This document shows positions 17,388-26,169 of a stretch of DNA of 64,000 nucleotides, one piece after another. The stretch is from positions 1,184-65,183 of the forward strand of contig CANGDR010000006.1 of NCBI GenBank assembly GCA_947452765.1. Direction: 5' to 3'. Position 1 is the first letter of the stretch. The number at the start of each line of letters is the position of its first letter. The notes below the pieces were generated by a model that was not told the origin of the DNA, did not search any database, and saw only the letters and a program-made list of their open reading frames with translations. The position numbers were made by a program, and so were the translations under genes. The stretch comes from Actinomycetota bacterium. GTDB lineage: Bacteria > Actinomycetota > Actinomycetes > S36-B12 > UBA5976.

Positions 17388-18173
17388 GTGAATGAAAACG
17401 ATCTAGGTCGCACTGCCGAAGATGTGCGTCAGCGCATCTTGGCACAAATTTCGACTGGTCAACTTCGCCCAGGTCAAAAATTGATTGCAGAACGAGAACT
17501 CGCGGCTGATTATCAAGTCAGTAGGTCATCTTTGCGACAAGCTCTCTCAGCTTTAGAAGAAATGGGCGTGGTTCGAAGGCTGCCCGGCAGGGGTGGTGGC
17601 ACATTTGTAGCTTCCGAGAAACTTGATCGTGACTTGTCACAAATTGTTGGCGTGCCATCGTTACTTAGGGGCCAAGGATTTACAGCCGGTACGAAATTGA
17701 TAAGCGCATCCGTAATGCAGGCCGACGCAAAGACTCAGCTTGCCTTGGGGCTTTCGGCAGGTGAACATATTTTTGATGTCGTGCGAATTCGGTTGGCAGA
17801 TAGCATTCCAATTTCGCTTGAACATGCAAGGTTCCCAGCTGATATGTTTCCCGGCTTACTAGAACGTCCACTGGGTGATTCGATTTATGAGTTATTGAGC
17901 AAACATTATGGAACTGTTCCGGATGAGGCAGTGGAACAAATTGATTTGATTAACGCCACTACTGACGAAGCTCGAATCCTAGAAGTGCAATTGGGATCAC
18001 CTTTGTTATCTGTGACTCGAACAACCATGGATACGCAAGGGCGGAAAATCGAATATTCGCATGACTTATTTCGAGGCGATCGGACTCGGATAACTGTTCG
18101 GACCAAAGGCCTGCCGCCAACGGCAGACTCACCTGGCGAGCGTGGCAGAACTGTGGAAATCAAGAAAAGTTAA
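17388..18173 (+). CDS. GntR family regulator, HutC/UTRA subfamily
   Basis: wHTH ERELAADYQVSRSSLRQAL...GTFV plus UTRA domain (SIYELL...EYSHDLFRGD). Confidence 0.9.
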   Translation: MNENDLGRTAEDVRQRILAQISTGQLRPGQKLIAERELAADYQVSRSSLRQALSALEEMGVVRRLPGRGGGTFVASEKLDRDLSQIVGVPSLLRGQGFTAGTKLISASVMQADAKTQLALGLSAGEHIFDVVRIRLADSIPISLEHARFPADMFPGLLERPLGDSIYELLSKHYGTVPDEAVEQIDLINATTDEARILEVQLGSPLLSVTRTTMDTQGRKIEYSHDLFRGDRTRITVRTKGLPPTADSPGERGRTVEIKKS

Positions 18174-18323
18174 TTTTGAGATGCCCTATAAACATTGGGT
18201 TTTTTCTTGCAATACCGATCGTTACTGAAAAATGCCCTTTAAATACCCGCAATTGAGGCCAAACCTACGCTAAACAAGTCTTAATCAGATACTCGATCTC
18301 GGTCGAGGGAAAAGGTGACTTGT

Positions 18324-19871
18324 ATGTCTATTAGTGACATGAAAGATGCGGACGAGCGTCGTCTCGCGGAGCTTGGTTATAAGCAGGAACTAGATCGTTC
18401 ATGGTCGTCGTTCTCAAACTTTGCCATTAGCTTCTCAATCATTTCAATTCTTGCCGGATGTTTCACTACATTTGGTCAGGCCTGGAATAACGGTGGACCA
18501 ATTGCAATCTCACTTGGCTGGCCAGTTATTTCCGCATTTATCTTGATCATCGGTTTCTGCATGTCAGAACTTGCTTCGGCATACCCAACTTCCGGTGGTA
18601 TTTACTGGTGGGCATCAAAGCTTGGCGGCGCAAAAGCTGGTTTCTACACCGGCTGGCTGAATCTAATCGGTTTGCTTGCAGTTATCGCATCTGTTGTCTA
18701 CGGTGCTGCATCGTTCTTGAATGTGATCCTGGGATCACTTTCAGATAGCTATGCAACTGGCTTCATGGGTGGCGATTACATTAAGCAGCAATTCGCTTTG
18801 TTCTTGCTCGTAATGGCGCTGGTAACTGTTCTTAACCTTTACTCATCGTCTCTGCTCGGTTTGATCAACAATATTTCCGTTTGGTGGCACGTCTTCGGTG
18901 CAGCCATCGTTATTGTGGTCATGTTCGTTGTGCCAGATAAGCACCAGTCCTTGTCTTGGATATTCACGGAGCGCATTAATAACTCCGGATTCAGCGACAA
19001 CTCTTTCTGGTTCTATGTTTTGCCACTCGGCTTTCTTTTGACCCAGTACACAATCACTGGTTTTGATGCCTCAGCTCACCTAGCTGAAGAAACCCACAAT
19101 GCTGAAATGTCTTCAGCACGGGGAATTTGGCAGTCAATTCTTTACTCAGCCATTGGCGGTTGGGTACTTCTGCTTTCATTCCTATGGGCAGCATCAAACA
19201 CCGACGTAATCAATTCATTCGATCCAGCTGTTAACCCATTCGGTGGCGGTTCGATTATGTCTGTGCTTTGGACTGCACTTCCAAAGGGATTCTTCCTTTT
19301 GGTTATGGCGATCACGACAATCGGTCAGATGTATTGTGCAACTGCATGTCTAACAAGTTGTGCTCGCATGATGTTTGCATTCAGCCGTGATGGTGCCATC
19401 CCAGGTAGCGCAAAGCTAAGCAAGATCAGTTCCAACAAGGCACCAAAGAATGCAGTATTTACCTCTGCAATCATCGGCATCATCATCACATTGCCTGCGC
19501 TTTGGAAATCACCAACCGGTGCACCTACCGCGTTCTATGCAGTGGTATCTGTTTCAGTTATTGGCCTCTACCTAGCGTTTGCAATTCCAATTTTCTTGCG
19601 CTGGCGTCGGCCGGAACGATTCACCGCAGGGCCTTGGACCAATGGAAATAAATACAAGTGGATGAACGTACTTGCAGTTCTTGAAATTGCTATAGTTTCG
19701 GTTTACTTTGTATTGCCATTCACACCAACTGGCGTGCCAGGTAATGCTGACTTCACTTGGACTTCCGTGAACTACGCACCGATTTTGACTTTCGGTACGT
19801 TGATCATCTTGGAAATCTGGTGGCAGCTATCTGCAAAGAAGTGGTTCACTGGACCAAAGCACACAATTTAA
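18324..19871 (+). CDS. Amino acid/amine permease (APC, ACT/GABA-choline-like)
   Basis: LAELGYKQELDR, FSNFAISFS, ELASAYPTSGGIYWWA, GFDASAHLAEET, FAFSRDGAIP. Confidence 0.88.
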   Translation: MSISDMKDADERRLAELGYKQELDRSWSSFSNFAISFSIISILAGCFTTFGQAWNNGGPIAISLGWPVISAFILIIGFCMSELASAYPTSGGIYWWASKLGGAKAGFYTGWLNLIGLLAVIASVVYGAASFLNVILGSLSDSYATGFMGGDYIKQQFALFLLVMALVTVLNLYSSSLLGLINNISVWWHVFGAAIVIVVMFVVPDKHQSLSWIFTERINNSGFSDNSFWFYVLPLGFLLTQYTITGFDASAHLAEETHNAEMSSARGIWQSILYSAIGGWVLLLSFLWAASNTDVINSFDPAVNPFGGGSIMSVLWTALPKGFFLLVMAITTIGQMYCATACLTSCARMMFAFSRDGAIPGSAKLSKISSNKAPKNAVFTSAIIGIIITLPALWKSPTGAPTAFYAVVSVSVIGLYLAFAIPIFLRWRRPERFTAGPWTNGNKYKWMNVLAVLEIAIVSVYFVLPFTPTGVPGNADFTWTSVNYAPILTFGTLIILEIWWQLSAKKWFTGPKHTI

Positions 19872-19881
19872 TAAGCAATAA

Positions 19882-19923
19882 ACAACAAGAGGTCGGCCAA
19901 TTGGTCGGCCTCTTGTTGTATTT
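19882..19923 (+). terminator. Intrinsic terminator
   Basis: ACAACAAGAGG...CCTCTTGTTGT stem followed by ATTT just after the permease stop. Confidence 0.75.
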
Positions 19924-19955
19924 AAACCATGAACGAGATTGGATACAATCAATCC

Positions 19956-21065
19956 ATGGGTGCACTCGACGGACTTGTGGTCGCAGATTTTACGCGCGTA
20001 CTTGCTGGACCATACGCAACTATGTTGCTAGGCGACATGGGTGCAACTGTAATAAAAGTTGAACGCCCTGAATTTGGAGATGACACCAGGCATTGGGGAC
20101 CACCTTACGACCCAGCTGGTCGCGCTACTTACTTTGAATCGGTTAACCGTAACAAGACATCGGTTGCAATCGATATGAACTCAAACGAAGGCTTAGCTGA
20201 GGCCAGAGAACTTGTAAAGCGTGCCGACATAGTCATTCATAATTTTCCACCAAGCAATAGCGAAAAGTTTGGGCTTGATTATTCAAGCATTAAAAACCTA
20301 AAAGCGGACGTTATCTATTGTTCGATCACAGGTTTTGGCTCTGGCGTCGGCGCCCAAATGCCTGGCTACGACCTGTTGGTGCAAGCAATGGGTGGTCTGA
20401 TGAGCGTGACCGGACCTGGTCCTGGGGAACCAACAAAAGTTGGCGTGGCACTTGTGGATGTAATTACGGGAATGCATGCCACGATTGGAATTCTCGCGGC
20501 GCTGAATCATCGAAATTCAACTGGCGAGGGTCAAGAAATCGAAGTTAACTTACTTTCTTCATTGCTCTCCGCAATGGTGAATCAGTCAAGCGGTTATGTG
20601 TCTGGTGATGTTGTGCCAGGAATTCTAGGAAATGCCCATCCATCAATCGTTCCCTACGAGGTGTATCAAACTTCTGATCGACCAGTTGTCATTGCAGTTG
20701 GCAACGACGGACAGTTTGGAAAACTCTGCAGCGTACTGGGAATTCCAGAAGTTGCAACGGACTCAAGATTCTTGACCAACCCCGATCGAGTAGCGAATCG
20801 AATCGCCATCAACGAACTACTCAATATGGAATTCAGTAAGCAAGGTGCAGATCATTGGTGGCACATGCTCACTGAAATTGGTGTTCCATGCGGACCGATT
20901 AACGCCTTAGACGATGCCTTTAAATTGGCCGATTCACTCGGACTCAATCCAATCGTGACTATTAACCAAGAAGGCGAACAACGTAAGCAAGTTGCCAATC
21001 CAATTACCTTCTCCAAGACCCCAGTGCGTTACACAGTTGCGCCACCCAGCTTGGATGAAGCATGA
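19956..21065 (+). CDS. CaiB/BaiF (family III) CoA-transferase
   Basis: DFTRVLAGP, GATVIKVE, GDDTR, NRNKTS, GYDLLVQAMGG; TACAAT 6 nt before ATG 19956 suggests a leaderless start. Confidence 0.9.
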   Translation: MGALDGLVVADFTRVLAGPYATMLLGDMGATVIKVERPEFGDDTRHWGPPYDPAGRATYFESVNRNKTSVAIDMNSNEGLAEARELVKRADIVIHNFPPSNSEKFGLDYSSIKNLKADVIYCSITGFGSGVGAQMPGYDLLVQAMGGLMSVTGPGPGEPTKVGVALVDVITGMHATIGILAALNHRNSTGEGQEIEVNLLSSLLSAMVNQSSGYVSGDVVPGILGNAHPSIVPYEVYQTSDRPVVIAVGNDGQFGKLCSVLGIPEVATDSRFLTNPDRVANRIAINELLNMEFSKQGADHWWHMLTEIGVPCGPINALDDAFKLADSLGLNPIVTINQEGEQRKQVANPITFSKTPVRYTVAPPSLDEA

Positions 21066-21712
21066 CCGAGGTAGTTACTGCACAAGCTGGCGTCTTGCGT
21101 GAGTTGCGCACCCTAATTGCGGCTGGGAAATTGGGACCCGGACAACAAGTTGTCCAAGATTCCTTGGCTGCCAGCCTTGGAGTTAGCCGCGTGCCGTTGC
21201 GCGAGGCCTTAAAAGTTTTGGAAGGTGAAGGGCAAGTTATTTATCATCCGCATCGTGGATATTTTGTTGCAGATTTGAGTGTTACCGACCTAGTTGAGGT
21301 CTATCGGATTCGATCCCTATTAGAAGATGAGGCACTTCGGGTGGGCGTGCCGCTACTGACTGATGAAGACCTTGAATACCTTGAAGGATTAATTCAAGAT
21401 GTTGAAGTGGCGGCAAAAAGTGCTGATGTAACTGCCGTTACCTCAGCAAATAGGCGGTTCCACTTTGCGCTATTTGAATCGAGCAACATGCCACGCTTAG
21501 TACGCCTAATTAGAAACCAGTGGGATGCCACCGATGCGTATCGTGGGGTGTATTTTGCAGCGGCTTCAAATCTTGATCAAATGAATAGAGAACATCGGGC
21601 TATGTTGGCAGCTCTCCGAGCGCGCGATGTTGAAAAGTCGATTGCACTACAAGCCGCACATCGCGAAAATTCCGTAAGCGTTGTAAGCGAACTAATTAGC
21701 AAACCTAGCTAA
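21062..21712 (+). CDS. GntR family regulator (FadR/FCD)
   Basis: LGVSRVPLREAL..LEGEG; NRRFHFAL...EHRAML. Confidence 0.9.
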   Translation: MTEVVTAQAGVLRELRTLIAAGKLGPGQQVVQDSLAASLGVSRVPLREALKVLEGEGQVIYHPHRGYFVADLSVTDLVEVYRIRSLLEDEALRVGVPLLTDEDLEYLEGLIQDVEVAAKSADVTAVTSANRRFHFALFESSNMPRLVRLIRNQWDATDAYRGVYFAAASNLDQMNREHRAMLAALRARDVEKSIALQAAHRENSVSVVSELISKPS

Positions 21713-22457
21713 AGGCTGATCCTTGGGAAGTGACCACTTTCCCAGTTACCACTTGACCTGAATATTCAGGGAATGCTTCGAGCCATTGCAGTCCCGGCAC
21801 ACCACCGATCAATAAAGCAGTAGCAAGAGCATCTGCCGTTGCACATTCTGGACCTACGACAGTTGCTGAACTTGCTGCAATCTTGCCTCCACTTGGATTT
21901 GTGACGTGATCGCCGCGTTCGTAAAGCGCGCTCGTGGCTATTGCTTGATTGGTAAGTGGAACTGATGTGTAAATTTCTCCTGGAATTTCGGGATGAGTTA
22001 TTCCAATCACCCATTGCTCACCAGGCGCGGACTCACCTCGAACTGCAATGTCGCCGCCAGCGTTAATCATGAAGTCGTTAAAGCCAAGTCCTTCAAGGAT
22101 TGTTACGGTTCGGTCTACAGCCCACCCTTTTACTAAACCCGAGGGATCAAATCCACTGGCGATAGCCCAGGGATCAAAAGTGCCATCGGTTTGCGACTTG
22201 ATTCTTTCGCACCTTCTTATAACGTCAGTAACCCCGGCATCGACTTCATCACGGGAAATCCGACCATCTCGAAGCTGAGAAATCACGCTATCCGACTTAA
22301 ATGTGCTAAAAACTTGATCTACATCATGTAGCCATTCCACGACTTCTTTAGTAGCAGAAACCGGTGCTTCACTATTCGTTCTATGCAATCGGATATCGAT
22401 CGAAACAACAGTTCCCCAAACGTGCTCTACATGAACGTGCCGAACTGCATGGGACAT
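21705..22457 (-). CDS. apbE: FAD:protein FMN transferase
   Basis: FDPSGLVKGWAVD, INAGGD, IATSALYERGDH, ADALATA. Confidence 0.88.
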   Translation of the reverse strand: MSHAVRHVHVEHVWGTVVSIDIRLHRTNSEAPVSATKEVVEWLHDVDQVFSTFKSDSVISQLRDGRISRDEVDAGVTDVIRRCERIKSQTDGTFDPWAIASGFDPSGLVKGWAVDRTVTILEGLGFNDFMINAGGDIAVRGESAPGEQWVIGITHPEIPGEIYTSVPLTNQAIATSALYERGDHVTNPSGGKIAASSATVVGPECATADALATALLIGGVPGLQWLEAFPEYSGQVVTGKVVTSQGSAFS

Positions 22458-22936
22458 TAAAGTCCTAGTTGATCCAGAGCTGATTGCAGCGATTGGGCGT
22501 ACCCCATCGAGGTATAAGTGGCTCCACTAATTCCAGAAATCTTTGCCGATTGAGCCTGCATTGCCTGCTGAAGTAGCATCGGTTCAACCGCTTGCGAAAT
22601 CTGCATCGAGCGCCCATCGCTATTAGGTAACTGCAGCGCAGTGATACCAGTAATTTTTCCGCCTGCGACAGTTACCTGAACCTGCACATAGCCGTATCTA
22701 GCATCAACCGCTTGTCCGGTCGCGGTCTTGGTACCGGAACTCGTGGTCGCGGTCTTAGTACCAGAGCTGGTAGTCGTTGCTGGCGTGCCAGTTATCGGTT
22801 GGGTAGTTCCCGTGGTTGTACTTTTTGGAGCAACACCCTTACCCGCGGCAGTTAGGTTTGGCCCACTTGGATTAAAGAGCAGTACACCTGCAACACCTGC
22901 CAAAGTGCTAATAGCTACCAGGGGAGTACGTTTCAT
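22457..22936 (-). CDS. Exported FMN-binding (flavinylated) protein
   Basis: Signal/anchor, Thr-rich linker, YGYVQVQVTV, flavinylation motif SGAT(YTS); ATG after AAGGA. Confidence 0.85.
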   Translation of the reverse strand: MKRTPLVAISTLAGVAGVLLFNPSGPNLTAAGKGVAPKSTTTGTTQPITGTPATTTSSGTKTATTSSGTKTATGQAVDARYGYVQVQVTVAGGKITGITALQLPNSDGRSMQISQAVEPMLLQQAMQAQSAKISGISGATYTSMGYAQSLQSALDQLGL

Positions 22937-22946
22937 TTCAATTTCC

Positions 22947-24338
22947 TTAGAATGCGAATGCTTCATCGTGAATATGGGACTCCGGTACACCTAAGACCGT
23001 TATTGCATGACGAACCGTGTTTGTCATTGATTCTGGACCGCAAATGTACACATCACTAGATGCAATTTGCGGCACTAACCTGCGAAGTGATCTTGCATCC
23101 ATCGGAAACTCTTTTCGATTTCCAACAAGATATCGAATGTTTGTATGCGGCCGATCTGCAAGTTGATCAAGCTCGCGCTTCAGCACTACTTCATCATGTG
23201 AGCGTGCGCGATAAAGCACATCAACTTGGGTGTTCACTGGTAGCTCTTCGAGCACAGCACGAATTGGAGTGATTCCAACTCCTCCTGCGATTAGGACTAC
23301 TCGCTCCCCATTACGACGCGATGCGGTAAATGCACCGTAAGGACCTTCGGCAATGACTTTAGTTCCAGGTTTCAAATCAGCCAAGGCCCGACTGTGGTCA
23401 CCGAGATCTTTAACAGTTATGCGTAAATACTTGCCATCGGGTGGAGCCGACAATGAATAGGGGTGTGCATGCCACCAAAGTTCAGGTGTCATAAATCTCC
23501 AGCAGAAAAATTGTCCTGCCGAAGCCTTCATTTTGCGTAAGTTGTGTCCAGTTAGCCAAACGCTGACAACCCCTGGCCCTTCAACAACAACTGCATGAAC
23601 GCGAAGTTGATAGCGTAACCCGCGCAAGATAGGAAGTCCCCAGCGGAACAACACCAAACTTCCGGCAGCAGATACCGTCAGGATTAACCAGATAGTGGAT
23701 GCTAAATGGTTTCGAATGAATGCATTACCGAGCGAAACTTGGTGTGCATAAGAAAGTGCGACCGCAAGGTAGGTATAAAGGTGTATGACCCACCAAGTTT
23801 CGTAAGTTATCCGACGACGTGCGACTTTATATGAAGTTACTCCTGCCATGATCATCAGAATTAACCCGGCAGTTGCTGGAAGTATCCACCTAGTCGTGGT
23901 CACCAAAGACCAAAGCTCGTGTAAGGCACTGGTTTTATCTGTGATTGAGTAGCCAACAACTGTGAATATCACATGGAACCCAATTAGGAACAATGCATAT
24001 GGCGCGATCTTGCGGTGCCAATAAACCGTTTTATCGAACCCAACTTCTCGCTCAAACCAGGGAATGCGCGCGATTAAGAAAAGTGTAATGATCACGCCAT
24101 AGGTTCCGACCATGGCGCAAATGCGACCCAGGAAGATAAACAATGAACCGGTGTTCATAGCGGCTTCGAAAGTCATACCTTGAAGTTCAAGAGCGAGAGC
24201 AGCTCCCAACCCAAGGCCCGCGATAATTCCAGCCGCATTTGCAACCGTGTGGCTCTTGCCATTTGCTGCTACCGGCGAAACTTCTCGAGAGTTTGCCTGG
24301 CTGCGCCTGGTTCGCGGGCTCTGAGTGTTGGAGAACAT
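22947..24338 (-). CDS. Ferric-reductase-like transmembrane protein with FAD/NAD-binding domain
   Basis: Heme His in WHRK/FHV/IHLY/AHQ, HPYSLS, EGPYG, IAGGVGITP, YICGP, terminal EAFAF. Confidence 0.88.
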   Translation of the reverse strand: MFSNTQSPRTRRSQANSREVSPVAANGKSHTVANAAGIIAGLGLGAALALELQGMTFEAAMNTGSLFIFLGRICAMVGTYGVIITLFLIARIPWFEREVGFDKTVYWHRKIAPYALFLIGFHVIFTVVGYSITDKTSALHELWSLVTTTRWILPATAGLILMIMAGVTSYKVARRRITYETWWVIHLYTYLAVALSYAHQVSLGNAFIRNHLASTIWLILTVSAAGSLVLFRWGLPILRGLRYQLRVHAVVVEGPGVVSVWLTGHNLRKMKASAGQFFCWRFMTPELWWHAHPYSLSAPPDGKYLRITVKDLGDHSRALADLKPGTKVIAEGPYGAFTASRRNGERVVLIAGGVGITPIRAVLEELPVNTQVDVLYRARSHDEVVLKRELDQLADRPHTNIRYLVGNRKEFPMDARSLRRLVPQIASSDVYICGPESMTNTVRHAITVLGVPESHIHDEAFAF

Positions 24339-24344
24339 GGTTCC

Positions 24345-24402
24345 AGTTTGGCGAGCGAACGTTTGGGAATGGTCCAAGAACTTGTAAGGGCTGTGTTAAG
24401 AA
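24345..24402 (-). promoter_or_regulatory. Promoter with ~11-bp-spaced direct repeats (OmpR/MprA-like box) and -10 CAAACT
   Basis: CTTAACACA-N20-CATTCCCA-N13-CAAACT-N6-ATG; same architecture at 53919-53973. Confidence 0.5.
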
Positions 24403-24481
24403 GTTCGATTAACTGACTATTTGCCACACCAAGCGAGTGTGATTTCCTTGTAAACGATGGGTTTCGCTAGTCTTACTTGGT

Positions 24482-26167
24482 ATGACACCGCAGGAGTTAG
24501 CCCAGCAGATCCGGATTGCGGTTAATGGTGCGATTTCCGCGGGGATTTTGAATCTTGAAATAGCGGACGTTCCCGATGAAATTGTGGTTGAGCGGCCAAA
24601 GAATCTGGACCACGGTGATTGGGCCACGAATATCGCGATGCAAATTGGCAAAAAAGCTGGTTTAAATCCGCGTGCCGCAGCTGAAATTTTGCAGCCAATA
24701 CTTGAGCAATTACCAGGGGTTGAGGCAATTGAAATTGCTGGACCAGGTTTCATAAACATTAGGTTGAGTGCTGCGAGTCAAGGTGAACTTGCGAGAGACA
24801 TTATTGCGAAGGGTGCTTCATTTGGTCGAGGAACCCAACTAGTTGGTAAAAAAATAAACGTTGAATTCATTTCAGCAAATCCAACTGGCCCGCTACACCT
24901 GGGTCATACTCGCTGGGCTGCTGTGGGTGATGCGATTGCGCGGGTACTCGAAGCAGAAGGTGCGCAGACTGCACGTGAATTTTATATCAACGACCTTGGT
25001 GTCCAAATGGATAAGTTTGGCGCTTCAGTTAAAGCGGCAGCAATCGGTGAAACAATCCCTGAAGATGGCTATCACGGTGCTTACATTCCAGATTTAGCGA
25101 AGGAAATTGTTTCAGCTAGCCCTGAAATAATTAATCTGCCCGAACCAGAACGCAGCGATGCATTTCGTGACGCTGCCTATGCGCTTCAGCTTGCCGACCA
25201 AAAACGCGTACTCGAAAACTTCAATACACATTTTGACGTTTGGTATTCCGAGCGTTCACTCCATACGTCTGGCGCTGTTGATCGAGCATTTGAGAAGTTA
25301 AAGTCCGAGGGCCATATGTTTGTCGAGGATGGCGCAACTTGGTTACGTACATCTGACTTTGATGATGATAAAGACCGAGTTTTAATCAAAGCGGATGGTG
25401 CATTAACTTATTTTGCTTCGGACACGGCGTATTACGTAGATAAGCGCAATCGTGGCTTTGATTTGTGTATCTACCTATTGGGTGCCGATCATCACGGATA
25501 CGTAAACAGGTTGCGCGCATTAGCTTCCTGCGCTGGGGATAATCCAGATGACCACTTACAAATTTTGGTTGGCCAGATGGTAAAGATGCTGAAGAATGGC
25601 GAAGAAGTTCGGCTATCCAAGCGTGCCGGCAACATTATTACTTTGGAAGACTTGGTTGATGAAGTTGGTGTTGACGCAGCACGCTACTCATTAATTCGTT
25701 ATCCAGTTGATTCACCTCTCGTTCTTGATTTGGATCTCTTGGTATCAAGCACCAATGACAATCCGGTTTATTACGTGCAATATGCGCACGCTCGTATTGC
25801 ATCCGTAGTTCGAAATGCGGCAGATCTTGGCTTAATTCCAGCCAATACAGCGGACTGGGACCCAGTAACTTTCAATCCTTCGCTACTGACGGATGAGCGT
25901 GAGGGAGCACTACTTGGCTTGCTAGCTGATTACCCGCGCGTCGTGGCATCGGCTGCTGAACTTAGAGAACCGCATCGAATTGCGCGGTATGTAGAAGAAG
26001 TCGCCTCTAGCTACCACACTTTCTACGCAGCATGTCGAGTACTCCCGCAAGGAGATGAAGAGGTAACCGAGCTTAATATTTCGCGATTATGGCTATGTGC
26101 TGCAACACGTCAGGTGATTGCTAACGGCTTAGATCTATTGGGTGTTAGCGCACCCGAGAGAATGTAA
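24482..26167 (+). CDS. argS: Arginyl-tRNA synthetase
   Basis: HGDWATN, EFISANPTGPLHLGH, LSKRAG, YYVQYAHAR, VSAPERM. Confidence 0.97.
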   Translation: MTPQELAQQIRIAVNGAISAGILNLEIADVPDEIVVERPKNLDHGDWATNIAMQIGKKAGLNPRAAAEILQPILEQLPGVEAIEIAGPGFINIRLSAASQGELARDIIAKGASFGRGTQLVGKKINVEFISANPTGPLHLGHTRWAAVGDAIARVLEAEGAQTAREFYINDLGVQMDKFGASVKAAAIGETIPEDGYHGAYIPDLAKEIVSASPEIINLPEPERSDAFRDAAYALQLADQKRVLENFNTHFDVWYSERSLHTSGAVDRAFEKLKSEGHMFVEDGATWLRTSDFDDDKDRVLIKADGALTYFASDTAYYVDKRNRGFDLCIYLLGADHHGYVNRLRALASCAGDNPDDHLQILVGQMVKMLKNGEEVRLSKRAGNIITLEDLVDEVGVDAARYSLIRYPVDSPLVLDLDLLVSSTNDNPVYYVQYAHARIASVVRNAADLGLIPANTADWDPVTFNPSLLTDEREGALLGLLADYPRVVASAAELREPHRIARYVEEVASSYHTFYAACRVLPQGDEEVTELNISRLWLCAATRQVIANGLDLLGVSAPERM

Positions 26168-26169
26168 TC

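Noticed and set aside
22718-22775. Short tandem repeat (TTSSGTKTA x2)
   Set aside because: Coding linker of the FMN-binding protein; only two imperfect copies
24378-24481. Expected tRNA-Arg / island boundary upstream of argS
   Set aside because: No tRNA cloverleaf, integrase, transposase or att-like repeat seen, so the left region cannot be called a mobile island from this window
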